Part shown: piece by piece, positions 29,730-39,648 of the stretch | Position numbering within the stretch: the stretch's first letter is position 1 | Layout: each line of letters begins with the position of its first letter | NCBI GenBank assembly: GCA_965204235.1 | Contig: OZ241979.1 | Span: 2,317,589-2,381,588 of the forward strand | Reading direction: 5' to 3' | DNA length: 64,000 nt | Origin: an uncultured Candidatus Binatia bacterium | GTDB taxonomy: Bacteria > Desulfobacterota > Binatia > UBA9968 > JAJDTQ01 | The notes under the pieces: generated by a model | Databases searched by the model: none | What the model was told of the DNA's origin: nothing | Seen by the model: only the letters and a program-made list of their open reading frames with translations | Position numbers and translations under genes: made by a program

Positions 29730-31958
29730 CTATCCCTTCCCCTTCAGCGCCGCGAACACCTTTTCGGAGGTGATGGGCAGGGACGTGATGCGGACGCCCA
29801 CCGCGTCGGCCACGGCGTTGGCGATGGCGCCGGCGGTGGGGATGTTGGCGGTCTCGCCGATGGCCATGCTGTTATAGGGGCCGGGGCCGCGCCTGGTTTC
29901 GGACAACAGGGTCTTCAGTTCCGGGACGTCCCGGATGGTGGGGATCTTGTAGTCGCCGAAGTTGGCGGTGGTGACCTTGCCGTCGTCCACCATCAGGTGC
30001 TCCATCAGGCCGTAGCCGATGCCGGTCATGCTGGCGCCCTCGATCTGGCCCTGGTGCATCAGCGGGTTCAATATCGTACCCGTGCTGTGGCTGGTGACCA
30101 GCCGCTTGAGATCGACGTTGCCGGTCTCCGGATCCACTTCGACCTCGGCGATCTGCGCGCACATGGCCGCGTCCGGCACCTTGGAGGTGTCGTCGTAGAG
30201 CCCGACGGTCTCGATGGCCGAGCCCTTGGCCTTGACCACGTCGGCGTAGCTGATGCCCCGGTCCGCGCTCTTGTGCACCACCCGTCCGTCGGCAAGGGCC
30301 AGGTCGTCCCTGGGGGCGTCCATGGCGTTGGCCGCGTGCTCCAGCAACTCTTCCCGCGTCTTGATGATGCCGTCGTAGCCCGCGTTGCCATAGACCCGGG
30401 TGCCGCGGCTGCCCCCCAGCCCCGAGTCCTTGATGCCGGCGCTGGTGTCGAAGTGCTCGAACTTGATGCATTCGGCCGGGATCCGGAGCTCCTGCTCCGC
30501 CATCTGTTCCAGCAGCGTGAAGGTGCCGACCCCCTGGTCGAGCATGGCGGACGACACCGTCAGCGTGCCGGTTTCGTCCAGCCGGAACTTGACCAGCCCC
30601 TTGCCGCCGTTCACCGACCATTGCACGAGACCGATGCCCCGACCCACGTTCCTGGGCCTGGCCTCGTAGTACTTCACCTCGTCCAGGGCGCGGTCGAAGA
30701 TCTCGTGGGAGCCCACGTAATCGACCTTCTCGCCCACGGGGGAGTCGGCGACCCCCTCCAGCAGGTTCTTCTTGCGCAGGTCGGCCGGGTTCATGTCCAG
30801 GGCCTGGGCCAGCAGGTCCAACTGGCTCTCGTTGGCAAAGAACCCCTGCGGGTCGCCCGGAGAGCGCATGTGCCCGCACGGCACCTGGTTCGTATAGACC
30901 ATGTGCTCTTCGACCAGGGTGTTGGGCATGTTGTAGGGGCCGGGGGACTTCTGAGGTCCGCCGAGTATGCCGTTGGGCTTGAACGCGCAGTAGGCGCCGG
31001 TGTCGAACACGAAGTCCATGTGGTGGGCCACGATGGTCCCGTCCTTCTTCGCGCCGGTCCTGACCTTGATGACGGACGCATGGCGCGGGTTGCCGGCCGT
31101 GAACTCTTCGTCGTAGTCCATGACGATCTTCACCGGGCGCCCGTTGCTCTTCTTCGAAAGGGAGTAGCACAGGGCGATGTCCATGAAGTCGCCCTTGCCG
31201 CCGAAGTCGCCGCCGATGTAGCAGGGATGGACGACGATCTTCTCGGGATCCACCCGGACCGCGTTGGCGACCTGGTCGCGGATGCCGTAGGGCACCTTGC
31301 TGCACGCCCAGACCTCGGCCGCTCCGGTGGCGGGATCGGTCTTCACCACGCAGGAGTGCGGCTCGATATATGCCTGGTGGACCTTGGGCGTGGTGAAGGT
31401 GTTCTCGACGATGACGTCCGCCTCCCCGAACCCCTTGTCCACGTCGCCCTTCTCCCACTTGACGTAGATGACCCGGTTGGTGGGGCCGGTGAGCTTCTGC
31501 GGCAGGCCCTTGTAGGTGTGGACCTCGGGGTGGAGCAGCGGCGCCTCGGGCTTCATGGCTTCCAGCGGGTCGAGCACGGGGTCCATCTCCTCGTACTCCA
31601 CCTCGATGAGCGCCGCGGCTTCTTCGGCCGCGTCCTCCGTTTCCGCGGACACCGCGGCCACCTTCTCGCCGATGAACCGGACGACGCCGTCGGCCACGAT
31701 GGGCATATCGACTACCCGCCGACCGATGCGCAGCCCGGCGACGTCCGCGCCGGCAAGGATGCCGACCACGCCCGGGACCTGCATGGCCTTGCCCGTGTCC
31801 ATGCGCTTGATCCGGCCGTGGGAGATGGGGCTCCGCAGGATCTTGCCCCACAGCATGTCGGGGAAAGTGACGTCCACGGCGTACTTCGCCTTGCCGCTTA
31901 CCTTGTACTCGCCGTCGATGCGGGGCGTGGGGACGCCCACGTTGTGTGTTTCCGCCAT
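29730..31958 (-). CDS. Molybdopterin-dependent oxidoreductase, xanthine dehydrogenase/CO dehydrogenase family large subunit
   Basis: 742 aa. a/b-hammerhead N-terminus. MoCo-binding domains (GGDFGGKG and similar). No FeS or FAD subunit genes adjacent. Confidence 0.9.
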   Translation of the reverse strand: MAETHNVGVPTPRIDGEYKVSGKAKYAVDVTFPDMLWGKILRSPISHGRIKRMDTGKAMQVPGVVGILAGADVAGLRIGRRVVDMPIVADGVVRFIGEKVAAVSAETEDAAEEAAALIEVEYEEMDPVLDPLEAMKPEAPLLHPEVHTYKGLPQKLTGPTNRVIYVKWEKGDVDKGFGEADVIVENTFTTPKVHQAYIEPHSCVVKTDPATGAAEVWACSKVPYGIRDQVANAVRVDPEKIVVHPCYIGGDFGGKGDFMDIALCYSLSKKSNGRPVKIVMDYDEEFTAGNPRHASVIKVRTGAKKDGTIVAHHMDFVFDTGAYCAFKPNGILGGPQKSPGPYNMPNTLVEEHMVYTNQVPCGHMRSPGDPQGFFANESQLDLLAQALDMNPADLRKKNLLEGVADSPVGEKVDYVGSHEIFDRALDEVKYYEARPRNVGRGIGLVQWSVNGGKGLVKFRLDETGTLTVSSAMLDQGVGTFTLLEQMAEQELRIPAECIKFEHFDTSAGIKDSGLGGSRGTRVYGNAGYDGIIKTREELLEHAANAMDAPRDDLALADGRVVHKSADRGISYADVVKAKGSAIETVGLYDDTSKVPDAAMCAQIAEVEVDPETGNVDLKRLVTSHSTGTILNPLMHQGQIEGASMTGIGYGLMEHLMVDDGKVTTANFGDYKIPTIRDVPELKTLLSETRRGPGPYNSMAIGETANIPTAGAIANAVADAVGVRITSLPITSEKVFAALKGKG

Positions 31959-31982
31959 TGGCTCACCTCTGGAAGTGGAATG

Positions 31983-32009
31983 GGACTGTTCCGGGAACGG
32001 GACTGTTCT
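31983..32009. promoter_or_regulatory. Direct repeat GGGACTGTTC x2 between the EutA-like gene and the MoCo subunit gene
   Basis: Two perfect 10-bp direct repeats separated by 7 bp in an 82-bp gap. Confidence 0.3.
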
Positions 32010-32040
32010 GCGGTCGATCCTTCGGTATCCGGCGAGGCTC

Positions 32041-33552
32041 CTAGACCAGGCGGCTCTCCGGGAACATGAACGAGCGGATGGTCACCGGAATGACCTCGGT
32101 CACGCCCATGGCGTTGCCCACGTCGATGAAGTCCAGGTCGCCCACGTCGATGCCGTCCACCGCGATGACCTCCGGCGCGACCTGCAACTCCTCCTTGAGG
32201 ATGCCCCCCAGGGACTTGGCCACGTCCATGTCCAGGATCAGGAAGACGTTCAGGTCGGGGTCTTCCGACTCGTTCACCACCGCGGCGACGCCTTCGGCCA
32301 CCCGCCGGATGAACTTGTAGTTGGGCACCCCTTGCAGCCCCAGGGCCAGGGCGAGACCCGGCTGGAACCTCTCCAGGTCGAACTTGGCCAGCGCCGTCCG
32401 CAGCGCGCCCTGCACGTCGGAACCCTCGTGGATGAGGGCCTTGACCACCTGCAGGCCGTACACCGGGAGCGGCGCCTCGCTGGACAGGTAGCTGGTGTTG
32501 CCGCTGGCCTGGATGGTGTACTCGCCGGCTCCGATGACCGTGGCGCGGATGCCCTCCACGGGCTCCTTGACCAGGTCCCCCCGGTTGAGCTCGGCGATGC
32601 GGGCGCGGATCTCGTTGCCGAGGTAGGGACCCACGTCGCCGTAGGACGGCGTCTCGCGGTCGTAGATGTGCTCCGACACCCCGCCGGAGAAGACGATGTG
32701 GTCGATGCTCTCCAGGCCGTCGTAGTCGGGCAGCCGGTCGGTCACCAGCAGGTGCGTTTCCAGGTCGGAGAGGGGCTTGGCCTGGATGACGTTGAACAGG
32801 TAGGTCCCCATGTAGGCGGCGAACCCTCGCTTGACGTCGTCGGTAATGACTTGGCCCACCTCCACCGGGGTCCCCAGTTCCCGGGTGATGAACCTGGCGG
32901 GAAGCTCCACCCGGGTCACCACGTCGTTTTCGTCGAAGGCGATGAGACGTGCTCCCACGCTGATGGCCGCGGTCCGGGTCACCGTCCCGTCCCGGATCAG
33001 GGACAGCTTGGTGGTGCCCCCGCCCATGTCGATGTTCAGCACCGCGGCGCCGGCCGACTTGGACAGGTCCACCGCGCCGCAGCCGTAGGCCGCCAGCAAC
33101 GCCTCGTGGTTGGGTCCCGCGGAAGCGCAGATGAACTTGCCGGAGTCCTTGGCGAAGTACTCCAGGATCGGGCGGGAGTTCTCCTTGTTGAGGGCCTCGC
33201 CCGTGATCACCACCGCGCCGGTGTCGATGTCGTCGTGGGTGTAGCCGGCCACTCGGTAGGACTCGTGGATGAAGTCCTGCACCCTGGTCGTGTCGATGAG
33301 GGTCCCCGAGCTGTACGGCGTCAGCATGATGGGCGAGCGGTACAGCACCTCCCTGTCGGTGACCTTGAACCGGGCCGAGAGCCCGGCGCCCTCGCGCCGG
33401 AGCGTCAGGTGGGAGAACACCAGGTGCGAGGTGGACGAGCCGATGTCGATGCCCACGCTGGTGAGCGAGAACATCTCGACCCCTTCGATGTCCTCCACGA
33501 TGGCGTCGGCGCCCGGATGGAAATGTTCTGGGTGTTCGTGGTCGTCGTGCAT
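32041..33552 (-). CDS. EutA-like ASKHA-fold ATPase (ethanolamine-ammonia-lyase reactivase family)
   Basis: LTSVGIDIGSSTSHLVFS and LNIDMGGGTTKLSLI motifs. Length about 480 aa, matching EutA. The His-rich N-terminus may be non-coding. Confidence 0.6.
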   Translation of the reverse strand: MHDDHEHPEHFHPGADAIVEDIEGVEMFSLTSVGIDIGSSTSHLVFSHLTLRREGAGLSARFKVTDREVLYRSPIMLTPYSSGTLIDTTRVQDFIHESYRVAGYTHDDIDTGAVVITGEALNKENSRPILEYFAKDSGKFICASAGPNHEALLAAYGCGAVDLSKSAGAAVLNIDMGGGTTKLSLIRDGTVTRTAAISVGARLIAFDENDVVTRVELPARFITRELGTPVEVGQVITDDVKRGFAAYMGTYLFNVIQAKPLSDLETHLLVTDRLPDYDGLESIDHIVFSGGVSEHIYDRETPSYGDVGPYLGNEIRARIAELNRGDLVKEPVEGIRATVIGAGEYTIQASGNTSYLSSEAPLPVYGLQVVKALIHEGSDVQGALRTALAKFDLERFQPGLALALGLQGVPNYKFIRRVAEGVAAVVNESEDPDLNVFLILDMDVAKSLGGILKEELQVAPEVIAVDGIDVGDLDFIDVGNAMGVTEVIPVTIRSFMFPESRLV

Positions 33553-33555
33553 GGC

Positions 33556-34686
33556 TTACTGTTTTCCCATCCCCTTCGACCACTCGTAGTCGTAGTTGGT
33601 GTAGGCTTCTTCGTGCATCAGGCTGGTGGTGCCCCGCTTGGCCAGCTCCTCCTCGAACTTCTGGCGGACGAAGGGGTCCTCGTCCGGGTACTCGATCTGG
33701 TCCTTGGCCCGGTCCTCGACCTTCTCCGCGTAGCCGTGGAACTGCATGGGCGGATGGAAGGCCAGGTACCGCGCGGGCGTGGCGCCGGCGTTGAAGTGCT
33801 GGTGGAACCACTTGTTGGGCGGCACGAACACGCTGGCCTCGCGCCACGGCACCACGATCTTCTCCTTCCCCTCCTCCCAGAGGATCGAGTAGCCTTCCCC
33901 CGCGGGGATGACGATGACCCGCCCGGGGCCGTGCCGGTGCGCCTTCTTGTAGGTGCGCGCCGCGAACACGGACATGTGGCAGGAGAGCTCCGAGTTGGGG
34001 AACTCGATGAACACGCTGTGGCCCCCGGCCCCGCGCCTCTTGTTCTCGTCCAGCTTGTCCCAGGCCCGCATGTCCGGGAAGAAGTTCCCGTACCAATAGA
34101 CGCGCCGGTTCCACACGTTCCACTTGCCCGAATCCGTGACCATCTTGGCCTCGGAATAGAACTCGCCGTCCTCGGAAGCGATCACGTCCTGCCCGGCGAA
34201 GGGGTTGTCGAAGAAGAAGTCCGGGTCTCCCACCGCGGACATGGCCAGGGGCAGGTAGTTGTAGTGCAGCAGGCGGACCACCTTGTCCCCCTGCATGTTG
34301 TTGATGGTGTAATGGTAGTTGCGGGGCACGATGAACATGCTGTTGTTCTGCCACTCGAAGGTCTTCCTGGCGCCGTCGTCGTCCCGCCATACCGTGGTGG
34401 TGCCCCGGCCCTCCACCACATAGACCACCTCGTCGAGGGCGAACCTCACCGGCGGCGTGGACTCCCCGGGGGCCACCTCCTGGATCCATGCCCCGGTGAC
34501 GCCCTCCTGCCCCATGAGCTGCATGAAGGCCGCCTTGCACTTGCGCTCCTCCCACCATTCGAGGTCGCAGGTGCGCAGGTCGCCGATGAAGTACCCCGTG
34601 TGGATCGGGATCCCCAGGGACTCCATCCAGTGGTCATAGGTGAACTTGGTCTTCTCCGCTACGGCGCCGCTGATGTCTTCTCCCAT
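33556..34686 (-). CDS. Bicupin protein, paralogue 2
   Basis: Collinear with bicupins 1 and 3 (KKAHRHGPGRVIVIPAGEGYS, WFHQHFNAG). Start taken at MGEDISG. Its stop lies 4 nt before the EutA-like start. Confidence 0.7.
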   Translation of the reverse strand: MGEDISGAVAEKTKFTYDHWMESLGIPIHTGYFIGDLRTCDLEWWEERKCKAAFMQLMGQEGVTGAWIQEVAPGESTPPVRFALDEVVYVVEGRGTTTVWRDDDGARKTFEWQNNSMFIVPRNYHYTINNMQGDKVVRLLHYNYLPLAMSAVGDPDFFFDNPFAGQDVIASEDGEFYSEAKMVTDSGKWNVWNRRVYWYGNFFPDMRAWDKLDENKRRGAGGHSVFIEFPNSELSCHMSVFAARTYKKAHRHGPGRVIVIPAGEGYSILWEEGKEKIVVPWREASVFVPPNKWFHQHFNAGATPARYLAFHPPMQFHGYAEKVEDRAKDQIEYPDEDPFVRQKFEEELAKRGTTSLMHEEAYTNYDYEWSKGMGKQ

Positions 34687-34995
34687 GAAACCGCTCCTTG
34701 GATTGGAATGGACGTGGTTGGAGTTGCCCGTGACGCAGGCTCCCGAGGTCCGGGCAACGAAAACGGGCCGGCTTGCGCCCAGCCCGGGAACAGGGACCCT
34801 GTATAGCGTCCCGCGGCGCCGCGGGTCAAGACCGGGGGTTCCCTTCCCGGGTCCGCGGCCAGGGGCGCTTTCCACGGAAAACCCGGATGACCTGCATTTC
34901 GAGGGTTGGAGATCACCCGCGCCCTCTTGACTTGCCAAGCGTAATCAGCCCTATTGTATGGTTGCATTGGAAAGAAGGCGTCGGAAGAACCCATC

Positions 34996-36918
34996 ATGTC
35001 CATCCTGAAGACCATCGACTCCCCGGCTGACCTCAAGAAGCTGTCCCCGGAGCAGTTCCCGCAGCTTTGCGAGGAGATCCGCGACCGGATCATCACGGTC
35101 CTGTCCGACGTGGGCGGACACCTCGCCTCCAACCTCGGCGTGGTCGAGTTGACGGTGGCCCTCCACTACCTGCTGGACACGCCCAGGGACCTGATCGTCT
35201 GGGACACCAGCAACCAGGCGTACGCCCACAAGCTGTTGACCGGGCGTCAGGAGCAGTTCCACACCCTCCGGCGGTTCGGCGGGTTGAGCGGGTTCTGCAA
35301 ACGCGAAGAGAGCGAGTACGACACCTTCGATGCGGGCCACGCCGGCACCGGCGTTTCGGCCGCGGTGGGGTTCGTGGAGGCCCGGGAGAACCGTGGGCAG
35401 ACCCACAAGGTCGTCTGCGTCGTGGGCGATGGCGCGTTGACCTCCGGCTTGACCATGGAGGGCCTCCAGCAGGCGGGGAGCCTGAAGAAGGACCTGCTGG
35501 TCCTGCTGAACGACAACCAGATGTCGATCTCCCCGAACGTGGGAGCCGTCTCGGCCTACCTGAACCGGATCATCACCGGCAAGCTCTTCGATCGGATGAC
35601 CGGGGAGACCAGGTGGGCCCTGGGCAAGATGCCCCGCATCGGCGGCCAGATACAGCGGATGGCCAGCCGGGCCCGGACCTTGGCCAAGGGGACCGTGCTG
35701 CCCGGGTTGCTGTTCGAGGAACTGGGGTTCCGGTACTTCGGCCCCATCGACGGTCACAACTTCGACCATCTGTTGCCGACCCTGGAGAACGTGCTCGAGC
35801 TGGACGGTCCGACCCTGTTGCACGTGGTGACGAAGAAGGGGTTCGGCTACGGCCCCGCCATGGCCGATCCCGTATGGTTCCACGCCAGCTCCCCCTTCGA
35901 ACGCGACACCGGGCGCCCCAAGCGAAGGTCCCCCCGGGCTTCGTACAGCAGCGTCGCCGTCAACACCCTCGTGCAACTGGCCGGGGAAGACCCGCGCATC
36001 GTGGCCATCACCGCGGCCATGTCGGAGGGGACGGGGTTGGCCGCCTTCGAGAAGGCCTTTCCGAAGCGGTTCTACGACGTGGGCATCGCCGAGCAGCACG
36101 CGGTGACCTTCGCCGCGGGCATGGCCGCACAGGGCATGAGGCCGGTGATCCCCATCTACTCCACGTTCCTGCAACGGGCCTACGACCAGGTAGTCCACGA
36201 CGTGGCCACCCAGAACCTCCCGGTGACTTTCTGCATCGACCGCGGCGGACTCGTTGCCGAGGACGGGACCACGCACCACGGAGCGTTCGATTTCGCCTAC
36301 CTCCGGCACGTGCCCAACATGGTGGTCATGGCTCCCAAGGACGAGAACGAGCTACAGCACATGGTCAAGTCGTGCGTCAGTTGCGATCTGCCCGCCGCGG
36401 TCCGCTATCCTCGGGGGTCGAGCCTCGGGGTGGACATGGACCAGACGCCGCAAACGCTGCCGCTGGGCAAGGGCGAGTTGTTGCGGGACGGCGTGGACAT
36501 CGCCCTGGTGGCCATCGGCGTCACCGTCCACCCGGCAGTGGCCGCGGCCGAGCGGTTGGAGCAGGAGGGGGTTTCCGCCGCGGTGGTCAACGCAAGGTTC
36601 GTCAAGCCCCTGGACGCCGACCTGATCGGCGCGGTGGCGCGGCGGGTGAAATGCCTGCTCACCGTAGAGGAATCCTCGGCCATGGGCGGGTTCGGGTCCG
36701 CGGTCCTGGAGTTGCTGGCCAGGGAAGGAGTCGTGAACCTGCCCGTCCGGTGCATGGGGCTGCCCGACCGGTTCATCGAACAGGGCCCTCAGGATCTCCT
36801 GCGCAAGAACTACGGCCTGACCGCGGACGGGATCTGTCAACAGGCCGTGCGGTTGCTGGCCTGCCGCTCCGGCGACGAATCGTTGCCCGGAGAACGGGTG
36901 GGCCTTGGCCCGGCTTGA
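34996..36918 (+). CDS. dxs: 1-deoxy-D-xylulose-5-phosphate synthase
   Basis: TPP-binding GDG(A)LT...N motif. Transketolase-like domains. About 640 aa. Confidence 0.95.
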   Translation: MSILKTIDSPADLKKLSPEQFPQLCEEIRDRIITVLSDVGGHLASNLGVVELTVALHYLLDTPRDLIVWDTSNQAYAHKLLTGRQEQFHTLRRFGGLSGFCKREESEYDTFDAGHAGTGVSAAVGFVEARENRGQTHKVVCVVGDGALTSGLTMEGLQQAGSLKKDLLVLLNDNQMSISPNVGAVSAYLNRIITGKLFDRMTGETRWALGKMPRIGGQIQRMASRARTLAKGTVLPGLLFEELGFRYFGPIDGHNFDHLLPTLENVLELDGPTLLHVVTKKGFGYGPAMADPVWFHASSPFERDTGRPKRRSPRASYSSVAVNTLVQLAGEDPRIVAITAAMSEGTGLAAFEKAFPKRFYDVGIAEQHAVTFAAGMAAQGMRPVIPIYSTFLQRAYDQVVHDVATQNLPVTFCIDRGGLVAEDGTTHHGAFDFAYLRHVPNMVVMAPKDENELQHMVKSCVSCDLPAAVRYPRGSSLGVDMDQTPQTLPLGKGELLRDGVDIALVAIGVTVHPAVAAAERLEQEGVSAAVVNARFVKPLDADLIGAVARRVKCLLTVEESSAMGGFGSAVLELLAREGVVNLPVRCMGLPDRFIEQGPQDLLRKNYGLTADGICQQAVRLLACRSGDESLPGERVGLGPA

Positions 36919-36964
36919 GGAACCCCGGAACGACGACCCCCGTTCCAACGATCCTTGCCGCGTC

Positions 36965-37921
36965 TCATACGGCCGGTTCTTCGGCGTCGTAGAGCTCCTG
37001 CGGCAACTTGAAGGCGACGTTCTCTTCGACGCCGTCGAGGACCGTCAAGGCAACGTCGAACGTGTCACCGAGCCGGTCCACCAGCCCCTGGACCAACTCT
37101 TCGGGCGCTGATGCGCCCGCGGTGACCCCCACCGTCCGCGCGCCCTCCAGCCAAGCCCACTCCAGGCTCCCGGCATCGGGGATGAGGTAAGTGTCGGTTC
37201 CGGTCTCTTCGCCGATCTCCCGGAGCCGGTTCGAGTTCGAGCTGTAGTCGGCGCCGATGACCAGGATCACGTCGGACCGGGCCGCCAGCAGCCGCACCGC
37301 GGTCTGTCGGTTCTGCGTCGCGTAGCAGATGTCCTTCACGTCCGGGCCGCGGACCTCCGGGAAACGGGCTCGGAGCGCGGCGATGATCTCGCGGGTGTCG
37401 TCAACGCTGAGGGTCGTCTGGGTCACGTAGGACAGCCTCGCCGGGTCGGCCGGTTCCAGCGCCGCCACGTCGGCGACCTCGGAAACCAGGTGGACCGTGC
37501 CCGACACCTGCCCCATGGTCCCCTCGACTTCCGGGTGTCCGGCGTGTCCGATGAGGATGATCTCGCAACCCTGCCGGGCGTAGCGCTGCGCCTCCACGTG
37601 GACCTTGGTCACCAACGGACACGTCGCGTCGATGACGCGCAGGCCGCGGCCGCCGGCGGCGTCCTCCACCTTCCGGGAGACGCCGTGGGCGCTGAACACC
37701 GTCACCGCGCCTTCGGGGATGTCCGAGACCTTTTCCACGAAGCGCGCGCCCTTGTGGCGCAGGGCGTCCACCACGTGCTTGTTGTGGACGATCTCGTGCC
37801 GCACATAGACCGGCGCGCCGTACACCCGGAGCGCGCGCTCGACGATGTCCACCGCCCGGACGACGCCGGCGCAGAAACCCCTGGGCTGGGCGAGTATGAC
37901 CTCCAAGCTTCGTTTCGCCAA
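36965..37921 (-). CDS. ispH: 4-hydroxy-3-methylbut-2-enyl diphosphate reductase IspH/LytB
   Basis: Conserved Cys ligands ([18 protein letters not shown]). TTG start preceded by a GGAGGGA RBS. Confidence 0.9.
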   Translation of the reverse strand: MAKRSLEVILAQPRGFCAGVVRAVDIVERALRVYGAPVYVRHEIVHNKHVVDALRHKGARFVEKVSDIPEGAVTVFSAHGVSRKVEDAAGGRGLRVIDATCPLVTKVHVEAQRYARQGCEIILIGHAGHPEVEGTMGQVSGTVHLVSEVADVAALEPADPARLSYVTQTTLSVDDTREIIAALRARFPEVRGPDVKDICYATQNRQTAVRLLAARSDVILVIGADYSSNSNRLREIGEETGTDTYLIPDAGSLEWAWLEGARTVGVTAGASAPEELVQGLVDRLGDTFDVALTVLDGVEENVAFKLPQELYDAEEPAV

Positions 37922-37924
37922 TGA

Positions 37925-38240
37925 ATCCCTCCGGTCCCCTCCTGGCGGAGAACTCCGATCCCCTCCCCCCTTGAGGGGGAGGGTCAGGGTGGGGGGTTGG
38001 TCGGTGCAACCGGACCGATGGGCGTCAGCACCAACGCACAGACGGCTGAAACGGGTTGGGCCGATCCGTGCAGAGGACTCCACCCCTCAACCCCGCCGTA
38101 CCCCCCTCTGTACAAGCCGAACATGGTTTACAAAACAAACCGGGCACATGGTTTACACTTGATCACCCCCGTTGATGCCAGTGAGGGGGGAGGGGATCGG
38201 AGTTCGCTGCAATGCCGAACCGACGACGGCAAGGTGGAAA
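37925..38240. mobile_element. MITE-like composite element with about 27-bp terminal inverted repeats, carrying the family-B core
   Basis: Left TIR GGCGGAGAACTCCGATCCCCTCCCCCC at about 37944. Its inverted copy lies at about 38180-38206. Internal GGCGTCAGCACCAACGCACAGACGGCTGAAACGG (family B). Hairpin CCCTCCCCCTTGAGGGGGAGGG. Confidence 0.5.
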
Positions 38241-38260
38241 TCGGACTTTATCGCGTGGGA

Positions 38261-39295
38261 TCAGAGTTTGTAGAAGTTCCGCGCGTTGTCCCCGAGGATC
38301 GCCTGCTTCTGCGCGTCCGTGAGCTCCTCCCGGTCGCGGATCTCGTCGATCTCTTCCATGCAGTTGTCCATGGTGATCTCGTGCGGGAAATCAGAGCAGA
38401 ACATGAAGACCTCGTGCCCGACCCGGTTGACGCAGTAGGTCAGGACGTCCTCGTTGCCCTCGCACCCGATGAACACCCGCCCGCTGCGGAAGTAGTCGAT
38501 GGGCGCGCGCTCCAGACGCAGGCCGCCGTACTCCACTTCGCGGTTCAGCCGGTCCAGCACCAGCGGGATCCACGCGGTGCCGCCTTCGAGAAAGCCCACC
38601 CGCAGGTCCGGGAAGCGGTCGAACACGCCTTCCGACATCATCCCGGTCATGTGGATGGCCAGGGGAAACGGCATGCCCAGGGCGCGCGTGGCCGGGAAAA
38701 CCTTGAACGAGTTGAAGCCCAGGTCGCCGTAGCAGCCGCCGTGGACCGCAAGGGCGCAATCGAGCTTCTCCGCCTCTTCGTAGAGGGGCCAGAACTGCTC
38801 GGAGCCGAAGTGCCGGTCCAGGCCGTTGGACGGCAGCATGGCGGCCACCATGCCCAGGTCCCTGACCGCCCGGCGGAGCTCCGCCACCGACGCCGGCACG
38901 TCCTGGAGCGGGATCAGCGCGACCCCCTTGAAACGGTCGCTGAACTTCATGTACCTGTCTGCCAGCCAGTCGTTGTAGGCGCGCGCGTACGCCGCCGCCC
39001 ACTCGGGAAAGTGCACCTGGCCGTAGGAAAGGCCGGCCGTGGGATAGAGCACCGAGCACTCGATCCCGGTCTTCTCCAGGAACTCCAGCCATCGCTCGGG
39101 TCCCACGCCCGCGTCGAAGGTCCCCTGCTGCTCGACGGTGCGAGTCCTCGGAGTGTGGAACCGGTCCAGGCTCGGCAGCATCTGGCGGAAGCTCAGCCGG
39201 CCCCGGCCCAGGAACGCGTCGTCCACGAACTCGTTGAGCTCGCTCTCGGGCTCCATGATGTGCCCGTCGGCATCCACGTATGCCTGGTGGCCCAT
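38261..39295 (-). CDS. Amidohydrolase-2 family metal-dependent hydrolase/decarboxylase (ACMSD-like)
   Basis: HxH at the N-terminus (DADGHIMEPE). Conserved His/Asp ligands. Start taken at MGHQAYVD. Confidence 0.8.
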   Translation of the reverse strand: MGHQAYVDADGHIMEPESELNEFVDDAFLGRGRLSFRQMLPSLDRFHTPRTRTVEQQGTFDAGVGPERWLEFLEKTGIECSVLYPTAGLSYGQVHFPEWAAAYARAYNDWLADRYMKFSDRFKGVALIPLQDVPASVAELRRAVRDLGMVAAMLPSNGLDRHFGSEQFWPLYEEAEKLDCALAVHGGCYGDLGFNSFKVFPATRALGMPFPLAIHMTGMMSEGVFDRFPDLRVGFLEGGTAWIPLVLDRLNREVEYGGLRLERAPIDYFRSGRVFIGCEGNEDVLTYCVNRVGHEVFMFCSDFPHEITMDNCMEEIDEIRDREELTDAQKQAILGDNARNFYKL

Positions 39296-39435
39296 GATCC
39301 TTTCCCCCTTTCCGTTCTCTCCCATCCGATGTCCACTACCGCTATCCCTTCGGCGCCGTCCGTTCGATGACGGTCTCCATGCCCTTGACGACGGCCCGCA
39401 ACGATTCTCCCTGCTGCTCCAACCCACTCTCCAAC

Positions 39436-39535
39436 CAACTGCCCCCGTTCGTCCTGAGCGTAGCGTAGCGAAGTCGAAGGACGCGCTTTCCCATGGGGAG
39501 AGGCGCCTCGAGCCGGAATCGACCAAGGGTTCCCC
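39436..39535 (+). repeat. Family-A repeat copy
   Basis: CCCCGTTCGTCCTGAGCGTAGCGTAGCGAAGTCGAAGGACGCGCTTTCCCATGGGGAGAGGCGCCTCGAGCCGGAAT. Confidence 0.8.
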
Positions 39536-39648
39536 TGCATCGATGGCGCTACATTAGTCGTTCGGGGACTCCCGTGTCAACGGGATTCGAGGGTCCGTTT
39601 GCGCCCCGCGTTGACGCCCGCTCCCGGGGTGCGTACACTTCCGGGTCC

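Noticed and set aside
31898-34558. 886-aa ORF and several 500-1000-aa ORFs overlapping the MoCo, EutA-like and bicupin genes
   Set aside because: Alternative-frame artefacts. The annotated frames carry the recognisable domains.
34927-34958. Possible dxs promoter TTGACT-N20-TATTGT
   Set aside because: Spacer of about 20 nt is too long for a confident sigma70 call. Left as an observation only.
38025-38060. GGCGTCAGCACCAACGCACAGACGGCTGAAACGG, considered as a possible tRNA or ncRNA fragment
   Set aside because: Recurs at three loci as part of MITE-like family-B repeats. No conserved RNA secondary structure was evident, so it is treated as repeat DNA.
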